From Octopus vulgaris (lineage: Eukaryota): DNA of 64,000 nucleotides. Under the pieces are notes generated by a model. It was not told where the DNA came from and did not search any database. It saw nothing but the letters and a program-made list of their open reading frames with translations. Location of the stretch: the NCBI GenBank assembly GCA_951406725.2, contig OX597819.1:118234001-118298000 (forward strand), read 5' to 3'. Position numbers and translations under genes: made by a program. Below are positions 12,392 through 26,111 of this stretch, one piece after another (the stretch's first letter is position 1; every line of letters begins with the position of its first letter).

Positions 12392-14347
12392 CTTTCTATA
12401 AAGTCTCAAGGACCGGACATTATTTTTTTTCGGGGGGGGGGGGGCTTACGTAGATTATATCGACACCAGTGTTTCACTGGTACTTAATTTATCGTCCCCT
12501 AGCGGATTAAAGACAATGTCGACCTCGGCGAAATTTAAACTCCAGCGTGCAGACGGGTGAAATACCGCTAAGAATTTAGCCCGGGCTGCATCTCGCTCTC
12601 TTAAATAACAATAATAATGATAATAATAATTATTATTATTACTATAATTATTATGCCAAACCCTTTCCCGAAGGGTAGCTTGCAGGAGGTGGAGATGTGT
12701 CGATTACATCGACCGCAGTGTTCAATTGGTACTTATTTTGTCGACCCCAAAATCATGAAAGGCAAAGTCGACCTCGGCGAAATTTGAACTCTGAACGTAT
12801 CGACGGGCGAAATGTCGCTAAGCATTACGTTCAACGTACTAACGATTCTGCCAGCTCGCCGCATTTATAATAGAAAAATTTTAAATAATAATAATAGGAA
12901 AATAATTTTCTATTCTGACAAAATATTTGTCCTCCTTTTCAACGTAAATAAGCAATCGTATAAAAACAAAAGCACTCAAAATCAAAATGGAATTTCTGAG
13001 ATGATATTTACAGAGGCGATATTGCTTTGTTGCCAGTATTTGCAATGGTAATGCTGCTAGCGGTTATATATTTGCGGTTTAACATTATATAATAAATACA
13101 GACGTCTTGTCTATGTAGTATTTTACAGGATGCTGTGAAAATAATGGCTACTAAAAGCCACTGTAAATGAAAATTGCAAGTTCCGTTTGACTGAACAATA
13201 TTTATTGCTCACTTTCTCAACCAACCGTGATGCACTGAGGTCTGTGGTGCAAATATGACCGACTGACTGATCGCATCAGTAGCAGCAGCATCATGATTAC
13301 TATCTAAAAAGCATTGCCAACAAAATATTAAAGAGTAAAAATAACAAAAAGGAAGAATCTTGCAAACACATCAACGAACATACAAAATCATCAATTACAT
13401 GGTTATCATCATCAGCATCATGAAAATTAGTTCGACATCCCCGTCACTTCTAATGCAATGATCAATAGTGCCACCACCTAAGCATAATAGCAATGCTTTT
13501 ATGATCGACGCCTCGAGCATCAATCATCACAAGTATTAACGAAATAATTTTCGTAAGCAAACTCCGCCATCTTCTCTTCATCATGACTATAATCAAAAAC
13601 ATCAGGAGAAACATCGTTGTCTTTATCATCAACATTAGAAAATTTATTATTATGATCATGATCTTGATGATGAACTGTGGCGTTATTGTTCTATTCATGC
13701 TCGTCCTTGCCGCAACTACCATGACGATCTTTGGCCCGTCTGATACTTCCATTACTGTCATTATTTATATCATTATTTATCATCATTTATATAAACCACA
13801 CTTTATATCATTATCAACATACATAATTATCAGCAAATATCTTCCTCATTATCATTGTATCTGGTTCTAAGAATTAGGATATTAGCTATCATAATCAAAA
13901 GGATACGTACCATCGAAGCTAACATCTCCATCGTTATATCCTGATAGTCTTTGTCTACCTTGTATACAATAAAGCGCATCGATGGCTATCATCGTCGTAT
14001 TTTATTCAGAACTGACATTACTAACACTCTGTATGGTATATATAAGAACACGTTGGATTTCACTATCATGGCAAAATCTAAACAGCTCACATCCTGCTGG
14101 CATCCAATTAGAGAGCCACTAAGTGATCGATTCACCTACGAGAAACAACAGTCACAATCTTCTAAAATCCCACCCACCTTAAATGTAATGGTTTTCATTC
14201 CAAAAATTTCACATAGAAATGTCTGGATAAAATATGATCACGAACCGATGGCTATTGATCTTACGACTAACTTGAGGTCAAATAGCAACAACAACAATAA
14301 TTCCTACTGCCATCACAAGGAGGGAACAAAGTTCATTACCCACATCG

Positions 14348-14594
14348 TGGAAGCGTGGTTGAATAGTTTTTTTCTGAACCATGAGCTTTCGGGTTCAATC
14401 TAGCTTCATATTATCATACACAAGTCTTTAGTGCTATAGCCCCAGGTCAACCAAATCTTGTGACTACATTTGGTATAGCGGAACTTGAAGAAACCAGACA
14501 CGTGTGTGTGTGTGTTTCTGTGTGTGTATTTGTGTGTGTGTTTTGTGTGTGTGTGTGTCTGTTTCTGTGTGTGTGTTTGTGTGTGTGTTTGTGT

Positions 14595-14649
<55 letters not shown>

Positions 14650-14655
14650 TGTGTG
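14348..14655 (+). mobile_element. Decayed CORE-like SINE head plus expanded (GT)n
   Basis: gcgtggttgaatag..aaccatgagctttcgggttcaatc..gctatagccccaggtcaaccaaa..tttggtatagcggaacttgaagaaacc then a compound GT tract. Confidence 0.65.
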
Positions 14656-17312
14656 CAGGTTAGTGTGTGCCTGTGAGATGGTCGTCTTGTTCGAAATAAA
14701 ACGATTATTATATTATAAGTAAATATTGGTTTCCAATATTCCGCAAAAACATGCTTAAAGATTGGAATATATTACCTTACTTTAGATTTCTATTCATAGA
14801 ACGGAAAGTATCTGGTATATCATCGATCTTTTACGTTTGCAACGACTAAAACAAATTTATATAAATGTCTTAATAAATATTAAAGCGCAGCCGTCTTTGG
14901 CTAGACATAATGGACGTGGTTACTATCCACAACATCAAAATATACTTTCATGTAAAAACAGATGACAAATGAATTTCATATTATTCATAAGAACACACGA
15001 ATGTCAAATTTTAGAAGTGATTGTGAAATATATGTGTTTTGGAAAGGATATTCGTAGACTTGGCGTAATTCTACGTTATGCTATTTAGAAAATTTAGACA
15101 ATCACTCAATTATCTAAGATGAAGGATCGTATATACAAAATTGCGTGTATAAACACGGACATATACAGAAATGACAATCGAAAAACTGATATGCTATGAA
15201 GTCTGATTTTCACAAAGTTAAAAACAGGACTAATGGAATCGAGTAGATTAAAATAAGCTCAAACTGTTTCTTGAGCATTGAAAAGTAAAATGGAGAATTT
15301 ACACCACAGAATTCGAACTCGTAAGTAAAATCTACCAAAGTTTTCTTCTGTTAGTCACAGCGTATCAAATTTTGATAAGAACAAAAATAAGAATGATAAC
15401 GTGTGCATAATCAAGAAGTATAAAGTATAACTAGGAATATATATATATATAAATATATATATATATGTATATATACTATATTTCATGGAAAAATATATCT
15501 AAGTTGTTTACCACCCCCATATCCTCATCTAAGCAACTCTCTACCATTCATTCATTCTATGAAAGAGCTCAATCAAATATTCATCGGAAAAAAAATGTGG
15601 AAAAAAAATCTTCCCACATTTCCTATATTTTCTACACAAACTTTTGATTTCCTCTATATAGAATATCGCTGCCACTGCAATTACTTTTATAACTACTGAA
15701 ATATGACATAAAGGCATGGTCAATTTATGAGGTTACGCATTATGTATCTATGTGTATGTACTTGTGTATTTATATATGTATATGCAAGTACGTTTGTGCA
15801 TTTACAACTCTAGTGTAAACACACACAGAGAAAGGGATACATATATACACATATGCATCTATCGCTGTACAAACACACACCTACGTACATATATATGTAT
15901 AATTTCATTGTGTGAATATGTATGTACGAACAATTTAAGCACGTAATGAGTAGCTTTTAAGAGGGCTAGGCTTCCATTATCAGAAATGAATAAATATAAA
16001 GAGGAAAGAAGACTTAAGAAATAGCGAAAAACAAAAATGGTAGAGTCACACAGAAAATAAAATTGGCATTTTTTCTTTTCCTGAATATGAAAATAAGTGG
16101 AGCTAATTTTCTCATAACACAGACGTTTCTTCGGGATATAAAAAATGATGCAAAAATAAAAGTGATATCCATAACATAATATAATATAATACTACGACTA
16201 ATAATACGGACGTGTTCGATGATGATATTGATTATCAAGGTAATGATGGTAACTTGATGAGCTTTAGTTACTTGGGCTAAACTGCAAATTTGATGCAATA
16301 GACATTACTGTGTACAAAGGAACGATATTTTTTTTGGTGTCATGATGATTAATTGTAATTTAATGTATGTTTAAAAATTATAACTAGAGGTCTGCTTTGA
16401 GAAGCTATGAAGAGTTTTACACTCATCACAGAGTTGGGAAAAGTGAAAAATTGAATGCCTGTATATGCGCATGTATCTGTGTGAGTATGTAAGTATTTGC
16501 GTATATATATAACTGTATCCATATATATATATATATACATCCATATGTGTGTGTGTGTGTATGTGTGTGTGTGTGTATGTATGTATATGGAGCATCACAC
16601 ATAATCCTTTATGATATTATTCATGCTATATGCGCTCCGAAGTCAAATCCGTTCCTTGTTAAATTTGCATTTCACTCTCGACCCTAGGGATCGCGATGAG
16701 ACTCTTATCTAAGGAAAAGTGCGACGCATGACCATGGCCATGATTTCTTGTAGACAACATTTACCTGGAGAAAATACACAATCTTTGTCTTCGTCAGTAG
16801 TATTTTATCATGGTCGCGAATTAGAAAATCTCCAAAGTTATTGAGTTGAAAGCTGTGAAGCATTTCTTTCCGCTCTCTAACGACTGATTTCGAGTAATTT
16901 TGAAGTTACCTTTGTTTTCTGTCTTTAATCATGAGGTGAGTCATAGAGCCAGACCCCACGCTCTCTAACACTCTGTCTATCTGCCTGTCTCTCTGTTTTG
17001 TGGGAAGCAAATGTATGATTAAAGACAAATGTATTAATAATTCAAATCATATACCCAGATACGCATACATGTATGTCTGTATGTATATATCAATCACAAG
17101 AGGAAATTAAATATGAAATATGTATCCATTAGTGAAAACAATTCGAGAATGGAACCAGTATGAGAATATGTAGCATTAATTTTCAAAAAATCATTGAAAT
17201 AAAATAATTATCGAGATTTCATTTGTCCAAAATTTGTTTATACATGCATCGCATGTTTGTCATATGATGTGTCAGACCTAAAACATGTGATTATATAAAT
17301 ATATATGAAGAC

Positions 17313-17797
17313 ATGACAGAAGTAAATAGGCACCCATAAAACATTGTTTTATGTTTAATCTAACTTGTATAGATTTATATTTTTTTTATAAATTGACATT
17401 TTTAATTTTCGTGTTCTATATGTGTCTGTGTAATCATGTGCAAAAGAAGCCTTGGAACTGTCCCAGTTTCAAAGAGGCCGTATTGTGGGTCATTCTGAAG
17501 GTGGAGATACTCAGCATAAAATCGCAGAAAACCTTGCGATCCTACTATCTACAGTTAATATAATGATTGTGCAATTCAACAGAGAGGGAAAGAAGTCCAC
17601 ATCATCTCGCTCAGATGAAGCAGAGCCCTCTGACTGGACCTTTATCTTAGCTAAATGTTGTAGTGGATAATTCTAGCGCTGTGGCCTCTTACAGCCGAAA
17701 AATTGATGTCAGTCCTATAACAGCTGTCATGTATCTCCACAAACTTGGTTAAATATAGTAGAGCAGCAATTAGAAAGATATCTATTTACTTCTGTCA

Positions 17798-17798
<1 letters not shown>
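17313..17798 (+). mobile_element. Internally deleted Tc1-like element retaining the N-terminal HTH fragment
   Basis: Perfect 17-bp inverted repeats atgacagaagtaaatag (17313-17329) / ctatttacttctgtcat (17782-17798); peptide [17 protein letters not shown]...[21 protein letters not shown]...SRS is typical of the Tc1 DNA-binding domain. Confidence 0.85.
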
Positions 17799-17840
<42 letters not shown>

Positions 17841-17909
17841 TACATACAGACACACACACACACACATACAGACACACACACACACACATACAGACACACA
17901 CACACACAG

Positions 17910-17971
<62 letters not shown>
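17799..17971. repeat. Compound microsatellite (CT)n-(CA)n-(TA)n
   Basis: Direct reading. Confidence 0.95.
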
Positions 17972-17973
<2 letters not shown>

Positions 17974-18349
17974 CATATCTCAGAAAAGAAGCACACTGAA
18001 GAAAAGTGCACTAATTATTAAAATACAAAGCAAAATTCTGTTCATAGGATTATCCAGAAGGCTATAGCTTTCGTGAATACGAAACATTTGGCAACCCTAT
18101 GGCCAGAATTTATACTTTTGCTTTATATGTACATATTCATTTATTACTAAGTATAACTTAAACAATTTCATATTGTCAGTACCATATCTAAAAGTGCGCA
18201 TGTTCAATATAAAATATGTTTAACGTCTTGAATACCATGATCAAAAACCAAGAAATATGGTTAGTGTTATTGAGGTTTATATGTAGAGAAATGTATGCTT
18301 TAGGAACTAGTCACATGTATTGTAGAACGGCAAATCCATAATTAAATTC

Positions 18350-18690
18350 TTTGAATATCTGATTTGCTTGTGAGTTGGAATTTTATAGTTATTAATATCG
18401 ATGTGTGCAAGAATTACCAATAGCCCATCGCTAAATCTGGAAATGATATGATATATTTCTCCAAGAGACCACATACCATGTTGTTTTAATGTAGACTAAC
18501 ACCTGTTTTATATGGCCCAAAAGATTCTATACTTGAAAGTACTGATATCCTGTAACTACTCGCTATATATATGGGCAACGTAGCCCGTGTCTGCCTATAC
18601 ACACTTACAGCGGGCTGTTTTGTTTCAATGAATTTTCCCTCAACCACACGCAGTATTAGCGTCAGTATCGTTTGCAAAAGTAACATTATT
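18350..18690 (-). pseudogene. Possible highly decayed LINE RT fragment
   Basis: QTILTLILRVVEG..ETKQPAVSVY resembles QILTLRRIIEG..KxLPAVxxFID; downstream similarity is weak. Confidence 0.3.
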
Positions 18691-19461
18691 TAGTTAAACA
18701 ATTGTTTTAGAAAACCATGTTCTGAGGGCCCACATTTTGAAAGTTACAGTTATATAGAGGAGAAATTATTTTCTGTCTTCATACTAGGAAAAATATCTAA
18801 AGTTCAGAATGCCTTTCTGTTAACAATTTTACTGCACATAGCTAGTGAAAAAAAGGTATGAGTTTTGCAACATTTCATACTAAGTAGATAGTGCTGTAGA
18901 AAAGGAAACCTCTCTTATCCAAGACAACAAACGAGAATTGATTTCTGATAATTGCCATTACACTTCACTTAGTTCCATAACGCACTCGTATTTTCACACT
19001 CACGCAACACAAATATTCAATGTTATAAGATATCTTATCCAGTCTTTGTTATTGATGTTACTGTTATTATTATTATAAGGTCACACTGACCAGATCTGAT
19101 GTAATAACCAAAGTGCATGAAAATATTCGGTCAGGTCGTTGTAATCTGTGTCTAAATTTGATGGCTAACATATTCAAATGTATCATACAAGTACACATTA
19201 CTGACGTATAATTGATTTTGTATGAATTGTGATATCTTGGAACTTTTACGGTTGGATTCACTTCTTAGTGCCACTTAAAAGCCAATGCCAATGTATTATA
19301 AACGATAATACTTTTAGCTGCCTAGAACAACATCAGTAGAATTTAAGGTTCAATAGGCAGAGCTGAACAAGTGAAATCTCAAATATGCATGCTGGAAATT
19401 GTTACTTAGTCTATTTCGTAATCATAAGAAGAAATCGGTAATATTATCTGTTAATATGCAC

Positions 19462-19610
19462 GCGCAGGAGTGGCTGTGTGGTAAGTAGCTTGCTTACCAA
19501 CCACATGGTTACAAAAGAATAAGTCCCGGGGTCGATTTGCTCGACTAAAAGGCGGTGCTCCAGCATGGCCGCAGTCAAATGACTGAAACAAGTAAAAGAG
19601 TAAAGAGTAA
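19462..19610 (+). mobile_element. CORE-like SINE with a large internal deletion
   Basis: Head gcgcaggagtggctgtgtggtaag..ccacatggtt fused directly to tail acaaaagaataagtcccgggg..gtaaaagagtaaagag of the 56556 family. Confidence 0.9.
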
Positions 19611-20169
19611 TAAAAGTTCGACATACTCGTGACCTTTCTGTGTTTGATAACATAATTGCCCGTTGGATTCGGTATGTAATCACATATATCATTATTTAAG
19701 TGGTAGACTTATCCATCACCGGCTGTAATAGATCCAAACACCTATAGCGGAGTCGAATATGTTGCAAGCATTTTGGTAAGTTTTCCCGTTTGGGGATATG
19801 CACCTTCTTTCCTACCATCTGTCAAGAAAGTCACGTAAAGGGCATGGACTTTTCTTTTCTACGTAACTTATAGTTGAATAATCAAATTCTCTTCTGTACA
19901 TGTGCGTGTACCTATACGTACCATTTTCTACTGATAGAATATGCCTTAATTTTCCTGATGATTAGAGGATACAGATTTCTTTAACTGTGTTCATTGAGTG
20001 ACATAATTTCCTCTTTATGTAATTAACGGCGTATAAACCTAACGAAAGGGTAGCAAACATTAATAATAATATGATCAATGTGGGGAAACGTATGATTTTT
20101 CTGCTGTTTTGTATGCGTGCGTATGTATTATATATGTGTGTGTGTGTGTGTGTTTTATATTTTGCTCCT

Positions 20170-20237
<68 letters not shown>

Positions 20238-20238
20238 C

Positions 20239-20790
20239 TAAGTAATTAAGGGTTTAGCAACGAATTGCCTCACCAACACACCGAATTTAGAAATAGCAGT
20301 CAAAGAGATATAGCTATTCCTTCTACTAAAAGGGGGATCTCAGTAAAAACACAGCACTCAAAAGGCAAACACAGACAGGTAAGAAAGAAAGAATGAAATG
20401 ACGGCAATCCATCATGCAATTTTAAGTTACCTACGGACGTACGTTTCGAGATCAAGTTTTAGGATATCATAAGAATTAGAAAATTCTACTTTACCCAGAC
20501 TTCTTCTCTCATCGGCGCAGGATACTACAATTGTGAATAATTGTATATTAAATTTTGAGATACTAGAATGCGTCATCTCAACTCAGTGTCAGAGCGAGCC
20601 AAAGCATGACCAGTACCACGAAATTCAAAGTTTGAATGAAAGTTTGTGTCACCAGCCCCCTTCCACCCGCGTGTAGCCAAGACAGAATGCTGTGGTCATT
20701 TACTGGGATAAAATATGGTTATCAGTAATAATAAAAGGGTGAAATTAATTAATTAGGGATAATTATCAATTACACCAAGTAGATTTCGGA
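20239..20790 (-). mobile_element. Non-coding PLE-like element between (TA)n tracts carrying a hammerhead motif
   Basis: Ends share sequence with 39530-39840 and 43990-44210 (tttagaaatagcag; aattaattaatt..ccaagtag.ttcg); hammerhead at 20430-20521. Confidence 0.65.
20430..20521 (-). ncRNA. Type I hammerhead-like motif with a large loop II
   Basis: Minus strand: cctgcg-CCGATGA-gaga...tctc-GAAAC-GTAC-GTC-cgtagg; helices I and II pair, helix III closes on palindromic GUAC, GUC cleavage triplet; one core change (CUG to CCG). Confidence 0.7.
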
Positions 20791-20803
20791 TATATATATA
20801 TGG

Positions 20804-20841
<38 letters not shown>

Positions 20842-20842
20842 G

Positions 20843-20980
20843 TGTTCTTTCAGTTTCCGTCTAAATATATACGCTGGTCATTGGTCGGTCTGCGGTAAGA
20901 GAAGACACTTACTGAAGGAGCCACGCGCTTGAACCGGGAACCATTTGGTGATAAAGCAAGTTTTATACCACAGAACCGCA
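20843..20980 (-). mobile_element. Decayed CORE-like SINE head
   Basis: ttctttcagtttccgtcta..ttggtcgg..agaagacactt..gccacgc..tgaaccgggaaccat. Confidence 0.7.
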
Positions 20981-22939
20981 CCTTCGTATGCTTGTATTTT
21001 CTTTACTATCTTTCATGTTAAGGGATTCGATTAAAATTAGTTATATTTTGAATGTCAGGACGTGTTCCGTTCACGTGTTATTAAACTCTGGGTAGAGACT
21101 CTGCCATCATCGATTTTACACAAAATGGTCAGTAATAAAACGTCGTATTCGATCTCTGAACTTCGCAAAGTTGTGAAATTAACTATATTTAAACAAAAAT
21201 TACATTATTTCAATCACTCGCAATGTGCATGAATATTTTGAGAAAATAGTGTTGATGAATCAGCATGACTCGGCCTATAATATGACTAATACCGTCACTG
21301 AGTTACGATCTATTTTACCTAAAATAAAACTAGTTTCAAAGACATCTAACATCTTTCATTCTAGTTTTTCTATAAAAATAATATTGAGTGCTTTCATTCT
21401 AATCGTAATGGTATAGAGCAAGAGATACACTTTGATTACTTTTTTCCTATATCTGACCTCCATAAGCATTCGATGTATATAAAAATCCTATTTATTTTTA
21501 TTGCATAAATAAATTGTATAAAAAAAGGAAATTATTGTTTGTAGACGTATAAACGTTACCCATATTTTAACAATAAAATCTTATACGGCCCAACACGATT
21601 ATATGGATCCCTGCTGAGAACTGCTTGTTTAAAGCAAAGCAAAATCAGAGTGGCTCATAGTGTTTACTATTTTCCATTCGTCTCATATACATAGCAATTC
21701 GCTGTGACGTAAAGCAAGCCCCAATATCTGCGGTTATACTGCGACAATGTATGTGTTCAAATTATCATTGAGAAAACGGGATGTCTTTGTAAAGGATCAT
21801 AAAAGTAATGCGTTCCGCATTATAATTTTCTTAAAACTAATACTGTTTATCTTTTAAATTTATGTATCTGACAGACGTTTACAAATATTCAAGAAATAGA
21901 ACCACGGATAGGATTGATCCACTAATAACTAGCAAAATTTTTAAGCATGCTTATCTGAAAAGAAAACGTAAATATGTCTTGTAAGGTTGGCGTTCAGAAA
22001 TTATAGGAAATATATTTACAATTAATGGGCATTTAAATCACGTTCAAATACATCTGTCAGCTTTCAAATATGACGTAATATTGACAAGTGAGATTTCCTG
22101 TCCTTTCAAATAGCAAAGGAATAACTGTCCCTTTAGAAACACTAAAATCATATTTGTTTCGGAAGATAAGGTATTTGTCATGTATAATATATGGCGTAGC
22201 TTAAGTAAATGAATGACTTATAAGCTGTTATCAGTATTGACAATTTCGCCAGAATATCTTAAGAAAATGGAGAATAAAAGATTATATATTCTGCTGATGT
22301 TTCCGATTATTTTCTTAGTTATTTGTGAAGTGATGTAGCTTTTAAGTTGTTTTAGATTATTTTACGTGCTTTTCCACACTAAAGATCGATAAAACAGCAG
22401 GCAACGAACATGATTTAATTGCCCAACTTTAGCTAGCTTGAAACAATAACAAAGAATCCAACTAGTGGTTAAGTGGACACTTAGGCTGGAAGGCTGCTAC
22501 AATCTCAAATATATATTTGCTGCAAGAGATCATCATATGCAAATAGGAGAATCTGCATAATGATCCAGTAAATACTATCATAAAAACCAAAAAATGGATA
22601 TAAGTGTGACAAGACCCAAACTAAATAAATGAAATCTTTTTGAAGACCAAGTAATAAAATGTAAAGGAACGTATGCAAATCTGTTGCGTGTATTTTTATT
22701 GAATGGTGGCACGTTTATTTATTCTATGAAATAGTGCAAAGATCACTCAAATAAGTGGTTTCCATAAACAAGAAAAAATGTAAAATCACATCGAATTCTA
22801 TCTCCTATATGCTGAAACATAACAAATTGATAGGGAGAAACAGCCTATATGTTTCATCTTCCTCTCATTCTCTCACTCTCTCATAATATATATGTATATA
22901 TATATTTATGTGTGTGTTTGTGAGTTTATATCTCTCTAG

Positions 22940-22940
<1 letters not shown>

Positions 22941-22982
<42 letters not shown>

Positions 22983-22990
22983 AGTTGTTT

Positions 22991-23030
<40 letters not shown>

Positions 23031-23038
23031 AGTTGTTT

Positions 23039-23069
<31 letters not shown>

Positions 23070-23084
23070 GCAAGTTGTTTTGTG

Positions 23085-23118
<34 letters not shown>
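22941..23118. repeat. (TA)n array interrupted three times by gcaagttgttttgtg
   Basis: Identical 15-nt interruption at ~22980, ~23028 and ~23070; slippage-amplified unit. Confidence 0.9.
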
Positions 23119-24398
23119 CACATACATATATGATGTATGCTTTAGTTTAAACCATGTGGTTTTTGGTATGCCTACACAGTAAAATGCACGTTGACAGATT
23201 CTAACCGACAGGAAGCCTTTTTAGTTCACTTTCCTTTTAATTATATTTTTCTTGGGAACCAAATTTCTTACGCAAAAGAATTTCAAATGAAGACCGCTGG
23301 CAATATATGTTTGCAATAGGAATCTAGTCACGAAATGAGGATTATGATATTCATATGATGAATATAGAAACATTACAACGAGGAGAAAGTTGATTTATGA
23401 CTTGAAGTTAGACGAAAATAATTAGGGCTATATACTTATATATTAATGCATATATCTGTGTGTAAGCGTGCAGGACTGTACGCGTATGTGGTCACGAGCC
23501 TGCGTATGCACATAGGATAAAGCAAGGAAATAAATGAATTTTTTTTTGTATAACAGAAAAGACACCTTACTTTTAGCATTCATGTTTGTAGGGATTGATA
23601 ATGAGTGAGAAAAGCTTTAAGGAAACGTGTTTGTTTTCATGAAACTGAAAAAGTCGTGTTATTATGTCACTTATGGGATAAAGAAAATATCTTGCTTTCG
23701 TGCTAAATGCAAATTAGCATCTTAACATTGATATATTTTCAAAGGACCCTGTGCTTATGCGCAAATTCCCGGTAACACTGGCAGTAGCCGTGCAACATAT
23801 ATTAGAACAATTTTAGCAAGTTCTGCCTCGACTATTGACGTAGCGTTCGTGAAAAATGTCAATGGATAACAGTTTCAATAGATTTTATGATATATACATA
23901 TTACTGCTGGTATTAAGTGCCGCTGCCGTAGTCTGCTTTAGAGAGAATTACAAATAATGATATTTTTATATTTGAAAACCAGAGGATGTATTCCACTGAA
24001 ATTAGGTAAATAATCCTTCGAACAGTCGGTCAGCATGCTCTATGATGGTTGCCGGTCCACAATCAATGGTAATATGCAAAACTTACTCCTTTATTTTCAT
24101 TGGTAATTGATGGATTGAAATTCAATTTTGTAAATATTCCTGTATTTATATTATCGAGGCAACAATTAGCATTAATATAGATTTAATATTCTTAGAGTCG
24201 GAGAGGTTTGCTGCAATGAAATATGCGAGGCTCTTCCCAATCTGATGCATTACTGCATAGAAAAAAAAGTCTACAACAATGCCAACAGCAACATGCAACT
24301 GTCGAAATGATAAATGATCTTACTCGTGAAATCTCCTAGAAATAAGAGCCGAATCTGTCCCTCACAACATGTCACTCCTAAAAATTGAAAGTTATATA

Positions 24399-24771
24399 GT
24401 TGTTGGCACTCCGTCGGTTACAACGGGAGTTCCAGTTGATTTGATCAACGGAACAGCCTGCTCGTGAAATTAACGTGCAAGTGGCTGAGCACTCCACAGA
24501 CACGTGTACCCTTAACGTAGTTCTCGGGGACAATCAGCGTGTTACAGAGTGTGACAAGGCTATGAAATACAGGTACAGCAGAAGAGGAAGGAAGAGTGGG
24601 AGAAAGTTGTGGTGAAAGAGTACTGCAGGGTCGCCACCATCTCCTGCCGGAGCCTCGTGGAACTTTAGGTGTTTTCGCTCAATGAGCACTCACAACCCCC
24701 GGTCTGGGAATCGAAACCGCGCTCCTACAACCGCGAATCGGCTGCCCTAACCACTGGGCGATTGCGCCTCC
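24399..24771 (-). mobile_element. tRNA(Arg)-like SINE, tail type B (possibly octopus OR-type)
   Basis: Minus strand ggaggcgcaatcgcccagtggttagggcagccgattcgcgg..ggtttcgattccc; shares ~190 bp of 5' sequence with 3506/26112, then a different 3' half ending gagtgccaacaac. Confidence 0.85.
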
Positions 24772-26111
24772 CTGAAACTTACATAGTGATGCCTAAAATT
24801 AATATATGACTGAAAAATTGTTTTATTTAAAAATACACAATTTTCTACAAGATGGGGCTACGAATACATAATCCAAGGCAATGCAGGGAATATTTTGTTG
24901 GTGGTTGACCTGCGAAAGTAGCAACTATTTATCCCGCAAAACACACCCTTTAACCCTACCAATTTAGGGAACATTTACAGATTAGAATTAAAACACTGAG
25001 CAACAAAAACAGCAACATAAGTCTCAAAACATCCAATCCTAATTACTGCGAACTTTGCAATCATCCCCACCACCATCATCACCTAAATTATCATCATCGT
25101 AAGAATCATCATCATCATTATAATCATTCCAATGGTAATGGTCATCATCATGAAAATAATCAGCAGCAGTACTACTATTGTCAAAAAATAATAATAATAA
25201 TATTAATAATGATACCATTGTATTATATTCACAGTAACAGTAACGACAGGAGTGTCATCTTATTCTACACTCAGCAGGAAGGACACCAGCAAATGCTGCC
25301 ACAATTTCATAAATAACAGCAAACAAATATCGAAATAAGTACAAACATAATACAAACACTACCAACAACAACAGTAATAAAAAAAAACCAACATGAATCA
25401 TCACCATCATTACAATAATATGAGACCAGAAACGGAAAACAAAAATATCAAGAACATACATAACAACAACACGTGAATCATTTATGATTAATGTTATTAA
25501 TTATACAACGTGGATCAAACAGCATTTGGCAATGCACCGACGATGGCGTTTCCAGAAAAAAAATGTATGCCGCCATCATTAATTATCATCACCATCGCCC
25601 TCCTTCCTCTCATAGTGTCACCATCCTCTGTGTCGTCTTCATGATTATCATCGGTATCAGCGTTTCTCATCGGTATTGTCATCATCATTAGGAACGATTT
25701 ACTTATAGATATAATTTCCAGTAATTTACTAATAACAATATGCAGAAAGAAGCAAAATTTTCTATCATTGCCATAACAACCACCACTATTATAACTACAT
25801 GTTAACTTACACCAACGCGCATCAATATTACAAGAACTGGTGAAATCGGGAGAGCGTTGGACAAAGTGTTTTTAATTTTACTTGAACACCTCTACATTTT
25901 GAGTACGGCCAAATAGATAAGAAATGGACTTCACTTTCAACTGTCCCGAGGATTCAATAAAAATGGAGCCTAGAGTTGGTCAAATCAACTATAGACATAT
26001 CAATTTGTGACATTGCTGCTATGTTCAAATTCTGCCGAGGTCAATAATGTTTCTCTTATCTTTCCATGGCCACGATAAATAAAATAGCATACTAGTAATG
26101 TCATATTTTGT

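Larger units (their letters stand above)
10645..12862 (-). repeat. Cluster of about 8 same-orientation Meta/MESC-like SINE copies separated by (AAT)n
   Basis: ggcacaagg..gtcgattacatcgacc..ctggtactt..tatcgacccc..tgaaaggcaaagtc recurs near 10650, 10801, 11060, 11220, 11375, 11590, 12395 and 12690. Confidence 0.8.

Noticed and set aside
13462-13870. Hydrophobic membrane-protein-like ORFs on both strands
   Set aside because: Produced by decayed (CAT/ATT)n low-complexity DNA
22941-23118. CRISPR-like repeat/spacer pattern
   Set aside because: Spacers are pure (TA)n; eukaryotic context and no cas genes; slippage amplification
24690-24771. tRNA gene
   Set aside because: tRNA-like head continues into a SINE body and has no intact cloverleaf; the same applies at 3506, 26112 and 56556
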